From positions 453 through 64,452 of the forward strand of contig CAMDJH010000001.1 of the NCBI GenBank assembly GCA_945900455.1: a stretch of 64,000 nucleotides of DNA, written 5' to 3'. The position numbers and the translations under genes are program-made. Positions within the stretch are counted from its first letter, which is position 1. Each line of letters opens with the position of its first letter. The notes beneath the pieces are model-generated. The model was not told the DNA's origin. It made no database searches and saw nothing but the letters and a program-made list of their open reading frames with translations. Below, in pieces: positions 37,906 through 47,691 of the stretch. This stretch comes from Akkermansia muciniphila. GTDB lineage: Bacteria > Verrucomicrobiota > Verrucomicrobiia > Limisphaerales > UBA9464.

Positions 37906-38696
37906 AACCAGGATGGCGACGCCCGAGCTCGGGCAGGGTTTCCGGGAATGTGCGGGGGTCCGCGGCGTTTACCCTTTTCGAACTGCTTGTGGTTATTGCA
38001 GGGATCGCGGTGTTGGCTGCGCTGCTGCTGCCGGCGGTCGGGCATGGGAAGAGATTGGCAGTGGGGGCGCACTGCATTTCGAATCTGCGGCAACTGGGAT
38101 TGGGAACACAGATGTATTGGGACGAGCATTCAGGCCGGTGTTTCCGTTATGGTGGGACGGCTACGAACGGCGGGGTAGACTATTGGTTTGGTTGGCTTGG
38201 AAATGGAGCCGAGGGCGGGCGGGGCTTTGAGGCGCGATCGGGCGCGATTTTCGCGTATGCTGGGGACGCGGTGCTTCGCTGCCCGGGACTCCGCGACGGG
38301 GCGGCTGAATTCAAGCCCAAGGCAGAGCGCTCTGTCTGCAGCTACGGATATAACCTTAATCTTTCGGCGCCGCCTGGGCAGTCCGCGGTGCCTAGCAGCA
38401 GTGTGGTTTTGGCGTCGCAAACGGCACTCTTTGCAGACGCCGCGCAGGTGAACACGTTCCAGGCGCCGGCGTCACCGGAGCATCCGCTCTTGGAGGAATT
38501 TTACTATATCAGTTCGCGCGAGCCGACCGTCCATTTCCGCCATCGTTCTCGCGCGCAGTTGGTGTTCATGGATGGCCGTGTGGGACGCGAGGATCCGGTG
38601 GCGGAATCCGTGGACCAGCGCGTCCCCGGTCAAAGAGTCGGGCGCCTGCCGGCGTCCATTCTCGGAGAGTCTCCACGATGGAGTTGGATGCCTTGA
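37902..38696 (+). CDS. Prepilin-type N-terminal cleavage/methylation domain protein, H-X9-DG class
   Basis: The N-terminal motif is AAFTLFELLVVIAGIAVLAALLLPAV. The C-terminal HRSRAQLVFMDG fits H-X9-DG exactly. It has ATGA coupling to the upstream gene. Confidence 0.8.
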   Translation: MKPGWRRPSSGRVSGNVRGSAAFTLFELLVVIAGIAVLAALLLPAVGHGKRLAVGAHCISNLRQLGLGTQMYWDEHSGRCFRYGGTATNGGVDYWFGWLGNGAEGGRGFEARSGAIFAYAGDAVLRCPGLRDGAAEFKPKAERSVCSYGYNLNLSAPPGQSAVPSSSVVLASQTALFADAAQVNTFQAPASPEHPLLEEFYYISSREPTVHFRHRSRAQLVFMDGRVGREDPVAESVDQRVPGQRVGRLPASILGESPRWSWMP

Positions 38697-38703
38697 CGCT
38701 CCG

Positions 38704-39789
38704 TTAGTATAACCCAATGGCTTGGCGGACCGCTTCGACGGTTGCGGGCACCACGGCGGGCTCCGCTCCGGCGACCTTGATGGCAATGTCCGGATCCTTC
38801 AAACCGTGTCCGGTCATGGTCGCCGTCACAAGGCTGCCCTCGGGAATCTCTCCAGCCTGGACGCACTTCACGAGGCCCGCCAGGGGCGCGGCACAGGCCG
38901 GTTCCACCATCACGCCCTCCGTGCGGGCGAGCAAAAGGTAGGCGGCGAGAATTTCGTCGTCGGTAACACTGCGGATGCTGCCATTGGAATCGCGCGCTGC
39001 TTCCACCGCACCGAGCCAGCCTGCTGGATTCCCGATGCGGATCGCGGTCGCGACCGTTTCGGGATGTTCAACGGGATGACCTAGCACGAGCGGTGCCGCG
39101 CCGGCCGCCTGCCAACCCATCATTCGAGGAAGCGTGTCGGAGTGGCCGGCATCGGCGTATTCTCGAAATCCCTTCCAGTAGGCCGTGATGTTGCCCGCAT
39201 TGCCGACTGGCAGAAAATGAAAGTCTGGGCCATCCCCCAAAGCGTCGCAGATCTCGAACGCCGCCGTCTTCTGACCTTCGATGCGGAAGGGGTTGATGCT
39301 GTTGACCACTTCGACGAGGCCGGTGGTTCCGAGTTCGCGGACGATTCGGAGTGCTTCGTCGAAATTACCTTCCACCGCGAGCGTCTTGGCCCCGTACATG
39401 AGGGCTTGGGCCAACTTGCCCAAGGCAATCTTGCCTCTCGGTAGCAATACCACGCATCGCATTCCTGCGCGGGCGGCATAGGCCGCGGCGCTCGCACTGG
39501 TGTTTCCGGTGCTGGCGCAGACGACGATCTTGGCGCCACGCTCCTTCGCCTTGGTGATCGCCATGCACATCCCACGGTCCTTGAAGGAGCACGTCGGATT
39601 CAACCCCTCATACTTCAAGTACAAATGGAAGTGACCACCGATCGCTGCCACGAAGTTGGGAACCGGAATGAGCGGTGTGTTCCCCTCCAACAAAGTGACC
39701 ACGGACGCCTCATCCGAGACCGGTAGGAACTTGGCGTACCGACGGATTACTCCTGGCCACGGAAAAACAGATTTGGCGGATACGCTCAT
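38704..39789 (-). CDS. thrC: Threonine synthase
   Basis: Motifs are [14 protein letters not shown] (the PLP lysine), [15 protein letters not shown] and [11 protein letters not shown]. It is 361 aa. Confidence 0.9.
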   Translation of the reverse strand: MSVSAKSVFPWPGVIRRYAKFLPVSDEASVVTLLEGNTPLIPVPNFVAAIGGHFHLYLKYEGLNPTCSFKDRGMCMAITKAKERGAKIVVCASTGNTSASAAAYAARAGMRCVVLLPRGKIALGKLAQALMYGAKTLAVEGNFDEALRIVRELGTTGLVEVVNSINPFRIEGQKTAAFEICDALGDGPDFHFLPVGNAGNITAYWKGFREYADAGHSDTLPRMMGWQAAGAAPLVLGHPVEHPETVATAIRIGNPAGWLGAVEAARDSNGSIRSVTDDEILAAYLLLARTEGVMVEPACAAPLAGLVKCVQAGEIPEGSLVTATMTGHGLKDPDIAIKVAGAEPAVVPATVEAVRQAIGLY

Positions 39790-39855
39790 GTCAAAGGGGG
39801 CAAATCCTGAAATACGAGCGAAACGCGTACAAGCTCGAAGTCGGGCTCCGCCTCG

Positions 39856-40827
39856 CTACTGGGGTCGGTCAATAGTAATGTGCTTTTTGGCCTCATTCGG
39901 TCGATCACGACCCTTCCAGTAGAGAAGGTGCGCCACGTGGGTCCGGGTGCCCATGGCCAATCGCGTCGCAATCCAGGCCAGGGTCACCGTCGATTCCCCC
40001 CGCAGGCGTAGGGCGATTCGCACTTTTTCTGGATCACCTTTTCGACGCGTCCGAAGGTCGGCTTCGGTCCACCCGGCGGCGAGGAGCTCTTGGGCAATCA
40101 TCCGCTCCGCCCGATCCGTTGCGGATTCCCGTAGTTCATCTCCGAAATGGTTCAACCCGACCTGGGACGTCACGCGTTCCAGCAGTTCCTTCCGAAACTC
40201 CTCGTCTCCCAGACACCAGCCACGTCGAATGGGAGCGTATTCGTCGTCGGTCGCGGCGAGTCGGCGCGCCTCCATGATACGTTCAAACTCCCGGCGGCCT
40301 GCGGGACTATCTTTGGGAATTCCGCATTCACCCGAAAACCGCTCCGTCTGCAACCAGGCAGGACGCTCGGCCGGAGCCTTCAAGTAATCCGGAAAACTGC
40401 TCCACCGAAACGATTTCAGAGGCTGCGACGCGGAGAGCAGTCGAGCTCGGACCGGATTGAGGTGCACGTATTCGCAGACGGTTCGAAGATATCCACCGCG
40501 GCCGCCGATCAGGAGCGATTTGTACCGGCCGCTGAAAAGATGACCGGAGAGTTGATGGCGGCGATTGAACCGGAGTGTGTAGGTACCCAGAAGCCATTTC
40601 ATCCCCGCGACCAAATTGGGTTCCGGCGTTTCGACGATCAGGTGGAAATGATTTCCGAGAAGGCACCAAGCGTGGATCTTCCAGTTCGTCTTGGCGCAGG
40701 CATCTCCCAGCGTGGTAACAAACCGTTCGCGATCTTCGTCGTCGAAGAAAATCTTCCCCTTCCGGTTGCCGCGGCTCATGACATGATACAGGGCACCGGG
40801 GAATTGAACGCGCAATTTGCGAGCCAT
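39856..40827 (-). CDS. HUH/Y1 transposase-like protein (IS200/RAYT-like) with a C-terminal DnaA-C-like HTH
   Basis: MARKLRVQFPGALYHVMSRGN...LLGNHFHLIVETP (HUH motif)...LFSGRYKS (catalytic Tyr). The C-terminus TLAWIATRLAMGTRTHVAHLL is HTH-like. The start was moved from 40881. Confidence 0.75.
   Translation of the reverse strand: MARKLRVQFPGALYHVMSRGNRKGKIFFDDEDRERFVTTLGDACAKTNWKIHAWCLLGNHFHLIVETPEPNLVAGMKWLLGTYTLRFNRRHQLSGHLFSGRYKSLLIGGRGGYLRTVCEYVHLNPVRARLLSASQPLKSFRWSSFPDYLKAPAERPAWLQTERFSGECGIPKDSPAGRREFERIMEARRLAATDDEYAPIRRGWCLGDEEFRKELLERVTSQVGLNHFGDELRESATDRAERMIAQELLAAGWTEADLRTRRKGDPEKVRIALRLRGESTVTLAWIATRLAMGTRTHVAHLLYWKGRDRPNEAKKHITIDRPQ
39860..39877. repeat. 18-bp inverted repeat, left copy (inside the last codons of the Y1 gene)
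   Basis: TGGGGTCGGTCAATAGTA is the exact reverse complement of 40863-40880. The match extends to 22 bp with 1 mismatch. Confidence 0.9.
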
Positions 40828-40862
40828 GGTCTGACGATGCCTGGCGGGTGCCGACAAGACAA

Positions 40863-40880
40863 TACTATTGACCGACCCCA
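40863..40880. repeat. 18-bp inverted repeat, right copy (5' of the Y1 gene, 9 nt from the tRNA-Gln 3' end)
   Basis: TACTATTGACCGACCCCA is the exact reverse complement of 39860-39877. Confidence 0.9.
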
Positions 40881-40889
40881 TGCGAGGGT

Positions 40890-40963
40890 TGGCTGGCCGT
40901 CATGGACTCGAACCATGTCTAAGGGCTCCAAAGACCCCTGTGCTACCATTACACCAACGGCCA
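40890..40963 (-). tRNA. tRNA-Gln (anticodon UUG)
   Basis: The manual cloverleaf is TGGCCGT/TG/GTGT-AATGGTA-GCAC/A/GGGGT-CTTTGGA-GCCCT/TAGA/CATGG-TTCGAGT-CCATG/ACGGCCA/G/CCA. Confidence 0.9.
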
Positions 40964-41153
40964 CCTCTCCGGAAAAGCTAGTCGGCGACGCCTTCCAAGA
41001 AAACAAGAAAACGCAGCGGAATATCCGCACCCCTTGTGGGCCTTCCCCCGTCTGCTGGCAATACCTCACTCGTCAATTCTGGTATTGGCCGCGCTCGGCG
41101 AACTTCCGTCGGGTCTGGATTCCGAAGGGGGGTTGTGCTATGCTGCATCCACG

Positions 41154-42656
41154 ATGTCCGAGGCCGGAGGAGACTTCCCCCCATTGGCAGATGCGGGCCC
41201 GCCGGCTGAAGCCGGAACACGGGCTGGGCGCCGGCATTTTCGGGTGGATGCCTTCAATTTGGCGGCCCTGCTGGGAGACTCTTTGATGGCGCTGGCGGGG
41301 TTGTTGATCGGATTCTGGCTTCGCTTCCACTCCGGATGGATGCCCACGCGGTGGATCGGGGTCGACACAGATCCGTCGCTCGTTTATTTGAGGGATTACT
41401 ACCGTTTGATCGCCATTGGAGTCGTCTTTCTGATTGCGACGTTTATGTACCTCCGGTTGTACGTGACCCACAATCTGCTGAGCATCCGACGGGTGGCATT
41501 TGTCGTTTTGAAAGGGACCTCCTTCTGGCTCGTGGCTTACCTTGGGCTGAGTGGGGCGCTCAAGTTTGAGCCGTCGATTTCCCGGGGTTACGTCCTCTGT
41601 TCATTCGTAAGTGTACTGGTGGTAATCGCTATCTGGCGCTCGATCTTTCACCGATTTACGCGTGCGGGCGCCCTGGCGGAGGGACTGCGGCAGCAAATCC
41701 TATTTGCCGGTTGGAATTCGGAGACGCAGCGGATGGCGCAGGCCCTGCTTGGGGACAGCACTCAGCCGTATCGGGTGACCGGGTGCGTTCCCTCTCCAAG
41801 CGGGCTTTATCAGGACGAGCCTCCACATCATATTCACCGGCTCGGTGCCTACGATCAGCTGTCGACGCTCATTCGAATTCACCGAGTGGACGTGATCGTC
41901 CTCGCTGACCTCGACGCGGACATGGAGGAGGTGGTTGAGTTGTCGAATTTCTGCGAGCGGGAGATGATTCAGTTCAAAGTCATCCCTTCCTATTTCCAGA
42001 TCCTGGTCTCCGGGCTTCAGTTGGAGACCATCAGTGATGTGCCGATCATGGGGGTGTCCGAGCTGCCGCTCGACCGCCTGGGCAACCGCGTGCTCAAACG
42101 CACCGTGGACATCGTCGGCGCGCTCGTCGGTCTGCTTGGCTCCATTCCCCTGCTGACTTATTTCGGCCTCGCCGTGCTTACGGAGAATCCGGGACCGGTC
42201 TTTTTCCGGCAGGAACGGGTCGGGCGCGGCGGCCGGCGGTTCACCATGTGGAAGCTCCGCAGCATGAAGGTGGGCGCGGACAAGGACGATCACCTGAGCC
42301 AGTCCACGCGTCGTCAGGATCCGCGCCTGCTGCGCGTGGGGGCGTTCGTCCGGCGGTGGAACATTGATGAGACGCCGCAATTCTGGAACGTGCTCATGGG
42401 CGACATGAGCCTAGTCGGACCGCGGCCCGAACGGACCTTCCACTCTGAGAAGCTCAGCCACGAAATCCCCCACTACAACGCCCGGCACAGCTGCAAACCC
42501 GGCATCACGGGTTGGGCTCAGGTCAACGGACTCCGTGGAGACACGAGTCTTGTCGAGCGGGTGCGATTCGATCTGTGGTATTTGGAGAACTGGTCATTCT
42601 GGCTCGATCTGCAGATTATGCTCCATACCTTTTTTAAGCGGGATAATGCCTATTGA
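41154..42656 (+). CDS. Polyprenyl glycosylphosphotransferase (bacterial sugar transferase, WcaJ/EpsB-like)
   Basis: It has N-terminal TM helices and a C-terminal domain with KRTVDIVGALVGL...PVFFRQERVGRGGRRFTMWKLRSM...DETPQFWNVLMGDMSLVGPRPE. The start was moved to MSEAGGD. Confidence 0.85.
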   Translation: MSEAGGDFPPLADAGPPAEAGTRAGRRHFRVDAFNLAALLGDSLMALAGLLIGFWLRFHSGWMPTRWIGVDTDPSLVYLRDYYRLIAIGVVFLIATFMYLRLYVTHNLLSIRRVAFVVLKGTSFWLVAYLGLSGALKFEPSISRGYVLCSFVSVLVVIAIWRSIFHRFTRAGALAEGLRQQILFAGWNSETQRMAQALLGDSTQPYRVTGCVPSPSGLYQDEPPHHIHRLGAYDQLSTLIRIHRVDVIVLADLDADMEEVVELSNFCEREMIQFKVIPSYFQILVSGLQLETISDVPIMGVSELPLDRLGNRVLKRTVDIVGALVGLLGSIPLLTYFGLAVLTENPGPVFFRQERVGRGGRRFTMWKLRSMKVGADKDDHLSQSTRRQDPRLLRVGAFVRRWNIDETPQFWNVLMGDMSLVGPRPERTFHSEKLSHEIPHYNARHSCKPGITGWAQVNGLRGDTSLVERVRFDLWYLENWSFWLDLQIMLHTFFKRDNAY

Positions 42657-43489
42657 AGGGGTTTTTGGGTGGCGAAGTCGTGCGAGGGCGATTTTGTAAA
42701 CGGAGCGGCGAGCATGCCCGGCAATTGTCGCCACTCGCTCTCCTTGTAATTGTCCAGGCCCAACGAGATTTCGGCCGGTTTGTCGCGCAATCGGAAAGAA
42801 CCAAACAGGCGGTCCCAAACGGACAGAAAACTCGTGTAGTTGGAGTCCGTCTCCGGCTGCCAGCGGGAATGGTGCACAGAGTGCATCCACGGTGTCACGA
42901 TTACCCACCGCAGCCAACGATCGACCCGGCTCGAAATCCGCAGGTTGCTGTGATGAAAAAGAATCACCGGCAGCGAGACGAATTCATAAACGAGGAGTTG
43001 TGTGAGGGTGAGTCCGATTAGGGGTAATACTGCGAGTCGCGCGAGAAATGACAAAACCATTTCCCCCGTGTGAAAGCGCACGCCGGAGCTGGCGTCCATT
43101 TCCGCATCCGAATGATGGACCGCATGAAAACGCCACAAGAGCGGCACCCGATGATTGAGCCGGTGCCATCCATATTGCCAGCAGTCGAGCAGGAGGATTG
43201 CGCCGAGCCAATGCAGTCCGACGGGCAGCGGGGTCAGGTTCAGCAGCCCAAACGGCCGCGTGCGCGCCCATTCGGTCACGGCGAGAATGGCGAATGCGAA
43301 TCCAGAAGCGATTACTGCGTTGATGGCGGCGAGTGCGAGATTCGTCGCGATATGGGAGAGCCGGCGCTGGCGCCCCGGAAAGATTGGGGTCACGGACTCC
43401 CCCGTCCAGAGCGCCGCCAGCATTACGGCCGCAAGGAAGGAACGGCCGTGGTGTAACCAGACCGTTGGATCGGTTTCCGTTGGGCTCAT
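42650..43489 (-). CDS. Fatty acid hydroxylase / sterol desaturase family membrane protein
   Basis: His boxes are HRLNHRV, HAVHHSD and HSVHHS. It has multiple TM helices. Its 3' end overlaps the convergent sugar transferase gene by 7 nt. Confidence 0.7.
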   Translation of the reverse strand: MSPTETDPTVWLHHGRSFLAAVMLAALWTGESVTPIFPGRQRRLSHIATNLALAAINAVIASGFAFAILAVTEWARTRPFGLLNLTPLPVGLHWLGAILLLDCWQYGWHRLNHRVPLLWRFHAVHHSDAEMDASSGVRFHTGEMVLSFLARLAVLPLIGLTLTQLLVYEFVSLPVILFHHSNLRISSRVDRWLRWVIVTPWMHSVHHSRWQPETDSNYTSFLSVWDRLFGSFRLRDKPAEISLGLDNYKESEWRQLPGMLAAPFTKSPSHDFATQKPLQ

Positions 43490-43495
43490 GACGCT

Positions 43496-44278
43496 TCATC
43501 GACCGAACCACCCCCGGAAACCCGCTCTCAGCCGGTCGAGCAACCCGGCGCTTTGCAATGCTGCCAAACCTTCCTCGGCGGGTTGGCAGCCTGGGTGCAA
43601 TGCCAGCGCTTGGTGAAACGATCCGGCGGCAAGCGCTGCCAATCCGAGTGCCGCCTGACATTGCCCTGCCAGGACCCACACCACAAAGCGGTCGGGAGCC
43701 AGCGCGGCGGCTTCCTGGACCTGCTTGAGAGCGGCTGCAAACTGCTTCCAGTAAGCGCGCACCCGCGCGACAAGCCAACGAACCATCCAATCACCCGGTG
43801 CCAATTGCACCGCCCGATCAAAGCACGATTCGACCTGCCGCTCACGACGTGCGAGGAGGACATCGCCGCGCGCGAGCCACACATACGAAGAATCTCCCGG
43901 ACGTTCCAGCGCGGCATCGGAGAACGCGAGGGCGGTATCCGTCTCTCCCAGGCGCCCGAGCGATACCGCCTTCGCGGCGAGGAGGTCGGGTGCCTGCGGG
44001 AATTTCTCCAGCGCCTTGTCCGCCCACACCTTCGCCTCGCGATACTGCCCCAACTCGACGAGCGCTCGAACCTGTCCCGACCAGGCTTCCAGGCTGATCG
44101 GATTAAATTCGAGTACTCGCCCGAACCAACGGAGAGCGGATTCAAACTCGGCCGTTCCAAAAGCCGCTCGGGCCTCGGCTAGGCACCGAGTCTCATCCGC
44201 GAGAGGGTGCAAGTGCTGCCGAAGCGAAATCGATCGCTCGGGCGTCGGTTCAAACTCGAGATTGCCAAAGCGGCTCAT
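43496..44278 (-). CDS. TPR-repeat protein
   Basis: It has repeated A/L/W/Y helical pairs (ALRWFGRVLEFNP, EAKVWADKALEKFP, ALAFSDAALERPGD...). The start was moved to MSRFGNLEF. Confidence 0.6.
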   Translation of the reverse strand: MSRFGNLEFEPTPERSISLRQHLHPLADETRCLAEARAAFGTAEFESALRWFGRVLEFNPISLEAWSGQVRALVELGQYREAKVWADKALEKFPQAPDLLAAKAVSLGRLGETDTALAFSDAALERPGDSSYVWLARGDVLLARRERQVESCFDRAVQLAPGDWMVRWLVARVRAYWKQFAAALKQVQEAAALAPDRFVVWVLAGQCQAALGLAALAAGSFHQALALHPGCQPAEEGLAALQSAGLLDRLRAGFRGWFGR

Positions 44279-44434
44279 AGTTGCAGTTCGGCTTGCGTCG
44301 TGACGTGACGGCGAAAGAGTACAGGAGGGACGATGCATTGACCAATCCAGTCGAGACTTCTCACAGAAAAGACGAAACAATCGTGCCGCAATCGGGGTCC
44401 GGGTGGTACGCTGCGCCCAGCCGACCGGGCGAGG

Positions 44435-44983
44435 ATGACCGACACCGCCCAATATGAAGATTTTGTACGCACCCATCAGGACTTGGTGTACGGATTGGCG
44501 TATCGCCTGCTCGGAAATGACGCGGACGCGCGGGATGCCTCACAGCAGGCATTCCTGAGAGCATGGCTGCATTGGGGTGAGATTGTTGGAAGCGCTACCG
44601 CCGCGGCTTGGCTGAAGACTGTCACTCGAAATCTCTGCATCAACCACTTGCAGCGTTATCGCTCACGGTGGCGGTTTTTTTCCGAGTTTACTTCGAATGA
44701 CGGGTCGGAATCGGAAGAGCGAGAACTCCCTTTTGCCGCACCCGACGTTTTTGATCAGACCCTCTATTCTGGCGGGCAGCGGCAGCTCGTCGAAGATGCA
44801 CTGGCCGCGCTACCCGACGATCAGCGAACCGCCCTGGTGCTTTATCACTTCGAAGACATGGACTACGTGGACATCGCCCGACAACTCGGAGTGTCGCTGG
44901 GGAAGGTCAAGACGGACATCCATCGGGCACGAATAACTTTACGGAAAAAATTGCAACCAATCCGGGCGGAGCTGGGTTTTTGA
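44435..44983 (+). CDS. ECF-type sigma-70 family factor
   Basis: Region 2 is HQDLVYGLAYRLLGNDADARDASQQAFLRAW...WLKTVTRNLCINHL. Region 4 is LPDDQRTALVLYHFEDMDYVDIARQLGVSLGKVKTDIHRARITLRKKL. Confidence 0.85.
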   Translation: MTDTAQYEDFVRTHQDLVYGLAYRLLGNDADARDASQQAFLRAWLHWGEIVGSATAAAWLKTVTRNLCINHLQRYRSRWRFFSEFTSNDGSESEERELPFAAPDVFDQTLYSGGQRQLVEDALAALPDDQRTALVLYHFEDMDYVDIARQLGVSLGKVKTDIHRARITLRKKLQPIRAELGF

Positions 44984-45017
44984 TTCAGAGATCGCCCACG
45001 ACACGCGGAAGGTAATC

Positions 45018-45500
45018 ATGAACACGGGATTTCCCATGAAGGACACCAAGCCCTATCGGCCGGAGCGAGACGGTCGAGACATTGATCAACTCCTGCATCG
45101 GATGCCGATTCATCGCGCACCGCCCGATTTCTTTGCGTCCGTACTCGCTGCGGTCGAGTTGCACGCGGCAAGGCCATGGTACCATCGGCCGTGGCTTTGT
45201 TGGCCCGTCCACTGGCAGGCGCTGTCGTTCCTGGCGGCTTCGGCTCTGATCACGGCTTGGTTCTGGGGTGTCGGAGTTGGCTACGAGGCCGTGACGTCCA
45301 TGCCCATGTTCTCGGCGATGCGCGCCTGGAGTTCAATTTTTGCCAGCACGGCGTGGACTGTGGCTCGGGCCCTGATTCTCGCCGCCCGGAACATGCCCAC
45401 GATCTGGCTTGGAACGGTGGCATGCATCCTCGGCGCCGCGTGGATCAGTTGCCTCGGACTCGGCACCGCCTGTTGGAGACTCGCCCGTGCGAATGCCTGA
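45018..45500 (+). CDS. Multi-pass membrane protein, putative anti-sigma factor
   Basis: It lies immediately downstream of the ECF sigma gene and has a short cytoplasmic N-terminus followed by 3-4 TM helices. No recognisable anti-sigma motif is present. Confidence 0.4.
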   Translation: MNTGFPMKDTKPYRPERDGRDIDQLLHRMPIHRAPPDFFASVLAAVELHAARPWYHRPWLCWPVHWQALSFLAASALITAWFWGVGVGYEAVTSMPMFSAMRAWSSIFASTAWTVARALILAARNMPTIWLGTVACILGAAWISCLGLGTACWRLARANA

Positions 45501-45509
45501 ACCAATTTT

Positions 45510-47570
45510 ATGACGCTCTCCGTTCCCATCCTCTCACCGTTGCCGCTTGGACGGCCCCTTCGACTCCAATTTGGGCGCGGAACTCTCGCGCTCATTCTGC
45601 TCCTCGTCTCGGGGGTGAGGCCGCTGACGGCCGCCATCGAGACGAATGCGAGCGGCAGCAGCATCCGCAACGGGGTACCGACGCAGATCCGCACAGCCCT
45701 CGACCGGATGTCCACCCTGATGCAGCTACTGCCGAAACAGGATGCGACCGCCGTTGACTCACCCCTTGCCGACATTACCGCAGGGCTACGCGAGATCATG
45801 CGGGAAGCGGAAAGTTTCGCGGGGGATGCGGCATCCCAAATGACGAATATCGACACGCAGGGTGTTCGTGAGGATCTCCATTCGCTATTGGACGAGGTGA
45901 CGAATGCGGTGCCAGCCGAAATGCTCGGACGATGGGTCCGACATGCCAGCGGGTTGGGTGGGGATGGAAAGGCCATCGCTGCGGAGGTATCCGCAGCATT
46001 GAAGAAAGTGAGCGAATCCATCCGCGAAGCGAAGGGAGAACTCGCCGAGACAGACTTCTCGAAAGCGATACGGTCTTCGACGGGGGCCGCGCGGCAATCG
46101 ACGAACGAGGCGGTGCCGGGGGAAAAGGCCCCGGCACCGACGCAGGAGGCGACCCCCACGGAGCCTGCCTCGAAGGGGGGGAAAGCGTCGAAGTCCCACC
46201 ATTTCTCGGGGCGCCGACACCAAGACCTTGTGCCACTCTTTCAGCCACTCACCGTCCGAGAAGGTGAATCCTTCCGGAACGCGGTGGTTGTTCTGAACGA
46301 CGCAACGGTGGACGGCACAGTAACGGGCAACCTCGTTGTCATCGGAGGGCATGTGGTGCTGAACGGAGAGGTTGAGGGCAATCTCGTCGCACCTTTGAGC
46401 TCCGTCGAACTGGGGCCGAAAGCCGTGGTCGGAGGGAATGTGGTGGCAATCGGAGGTGGGCTCCATGTGGCCGATGGCGCCGAAATAAGGGGTGATCGGG
46501 TCACGGTCCCGGTGCCATTTGATCTCGGTGGCGCGACCCGCCTGGGTGCAGGGTTGAGGACCAGCCTAAAAGAGTTGGTGTTTAAGGCGCGGCCGCTTTC
46601 GCTCCGAGTGAGATGGGTTTGGGCGATCTGGATCCTACTCGTCGCGGTGCATTTGCTCCTCGCACTGCTGTTCCACCGGGCCGTCCAAGCCGGGGCACTG
46701 GTTCTCCGATTGCGTCCTGCATCCGCTTTCCTGATGGGTCTGGCAGCTTTGCCTTTCTTGTTGCTCCTCATCGTGATCACCGCTCCAACGGTTGTGGTCC
46801 CCCTGGTGCTGCTGCTGGCGTTGCCATTTGCCATTCTCTTCGGCAAGACCGCGGTCTGTCGCCACATCGGGGGTCTTCTCACGCAACCGGCACACGGTTC
46901 ATTGCTCATGGGGCTCGGGGCGGTCGTCGTCGGGATGTTGCTTCTGACGTTGGTATATTTGATTCCCTTCTTCGGATTTCTGGCTTGGGCGTTGTTCACC
47001 CTCTGGGGCCTTGGCGCGGCGGTGCTTGCCCTTTGGACTGCTTTCTGCAACGAACAGCCAACCCCCCTTGCGTCCCCTCCCGTGGTCGGTTCTTCCGTCG
47101 GTCGATCGGCTACTCCGTCAACGACGCTGGCGGTGGCTGCCGCGCCCCCGCCCGGGATTCCGGCACCGGACCCTTTGACATCCCCGCCTACGGCTCCATC
47201 CCGAGCCGTGACGGCGGGTTTTCTGAGGCGCCTCGGAGCCTGCTGCATCGATGTCACCCTCTTGGGAGCACTAACCGGTTGGTTGCTGCCCTTCGGATTC
47301 CTTTTCTGGATCGCCTATTTTGCCGCGATGTGGGTCTGGCGAGGCACGACCCTCGGAGGGATCGTCTTTGGATTGCGCGTCGTGCGTCTTGATGGGCGTC
47401 CGATAGATGTGCCGACGGCCCTGGTTCGATCTCTGGCGGCAATCCTGAGCGTGGCCACCTGCTTTCTGGGCTACATGTGGGCGGCGTGGGATCCAGACTG
47501 CCAGACATGGCACGATAAACTGGCGGGAACGGCGGTGGTCCAGACCTCGGAAGCTCAGTCCTTGGTGTAG
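45510..47570 (+). CDS. Membrane protein with a bactofilin-like (polymer-forming) repeat region and a C-terminal RDD domain
   Basis: VVVLNDATVDGTVTGNLVVIGGHVVLNGEVEGNLVAPLSSVELGPKAVVGGNVVAIGGGLHV is a beta-helical, bactofilin-like repeat. The C-terminus RRLGACCIDVTLLG...WRGTTLGGIVFGLRVVRLDG...WHDKLAGTAVV is RDD-like. Confidence 0.6.
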   Translation: MTLSVPILSPLPLGRPLRLQFGRGTLALILLLVSGVRPLTAAIETNASGSSIRNGVPTQIRTALDRMSTLMQLLPKQDATAVDSPLADITAGLREIMREAESFAGDAASQMTNIDTQGVREDLHSLLDEVTNAVPAEMLGRWVRHASGLGGDGKAIAAEVSAALKKVSESIREAKGELAETDFSKAIRSSTGAARQSTNEAVPGEKAPAPTQEATPTEPASKGGKASKSHHFSGRRHQDLVPLFQPLTVREGESFRNAVVVLNDATVDGTVTGNLVVIGGHVVLNGEVEGNLVAPLSSVELGPKAVVGGNVVAIGGGLHVADGAEIRGDRVTVPVPFDLGGATRLGAGLRTSLKELVFKARPLSLRVRWVWAIWILLVAVHLLLALLFHRAVQAGALVLRLRPASAFLMGLAALPFLLLLIVITAPTVVVPLVLLLALPFAILFGKTAVCRHIGGLLTQPAHGSLLMGLGAVVVGMLLLTLVYLIPFFGFLAWALFTLWGLGAAVLALWTAFCNEQPTPLASPPVVGSSVGRSATPSTTLAVAAAPPPGIPAPDPLTSPPTAPSRAVTAGFLRRLGACCIDVTLLGALTGWLLPFGFLFWIAYFAAMWVWRGTTLGGIVFGLRVVRLDGRPIDVPTALVRSLAAILSVATCFLGYMWAAWDPDCQTWHDKLAGTAVVQTSEAQSLV

Positions 47571-47691
47571 ATCTTGAGTGGTTCCTGGGCTGCCACCTCC
47601 GAATCGGGAGTTGTAAGCCGGTGAAGTCCTGAGCGATCTCCGCGTTCCGCTGGGCGCCGGGATTTGGCTTTGGATTTTGCCGCCGGCGAAC

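Noticed and set aside
40147-41286. A 379-aa plus-strand ORF spanning the Y1 transposase-like gene, tRNA-Gln and the sugar transferase 5' region
   Set aside because: It runs antisense through a tRNA gene and a motif-supported CDS. It is an artefact of the lack of stop codons in GC-rich sequence.
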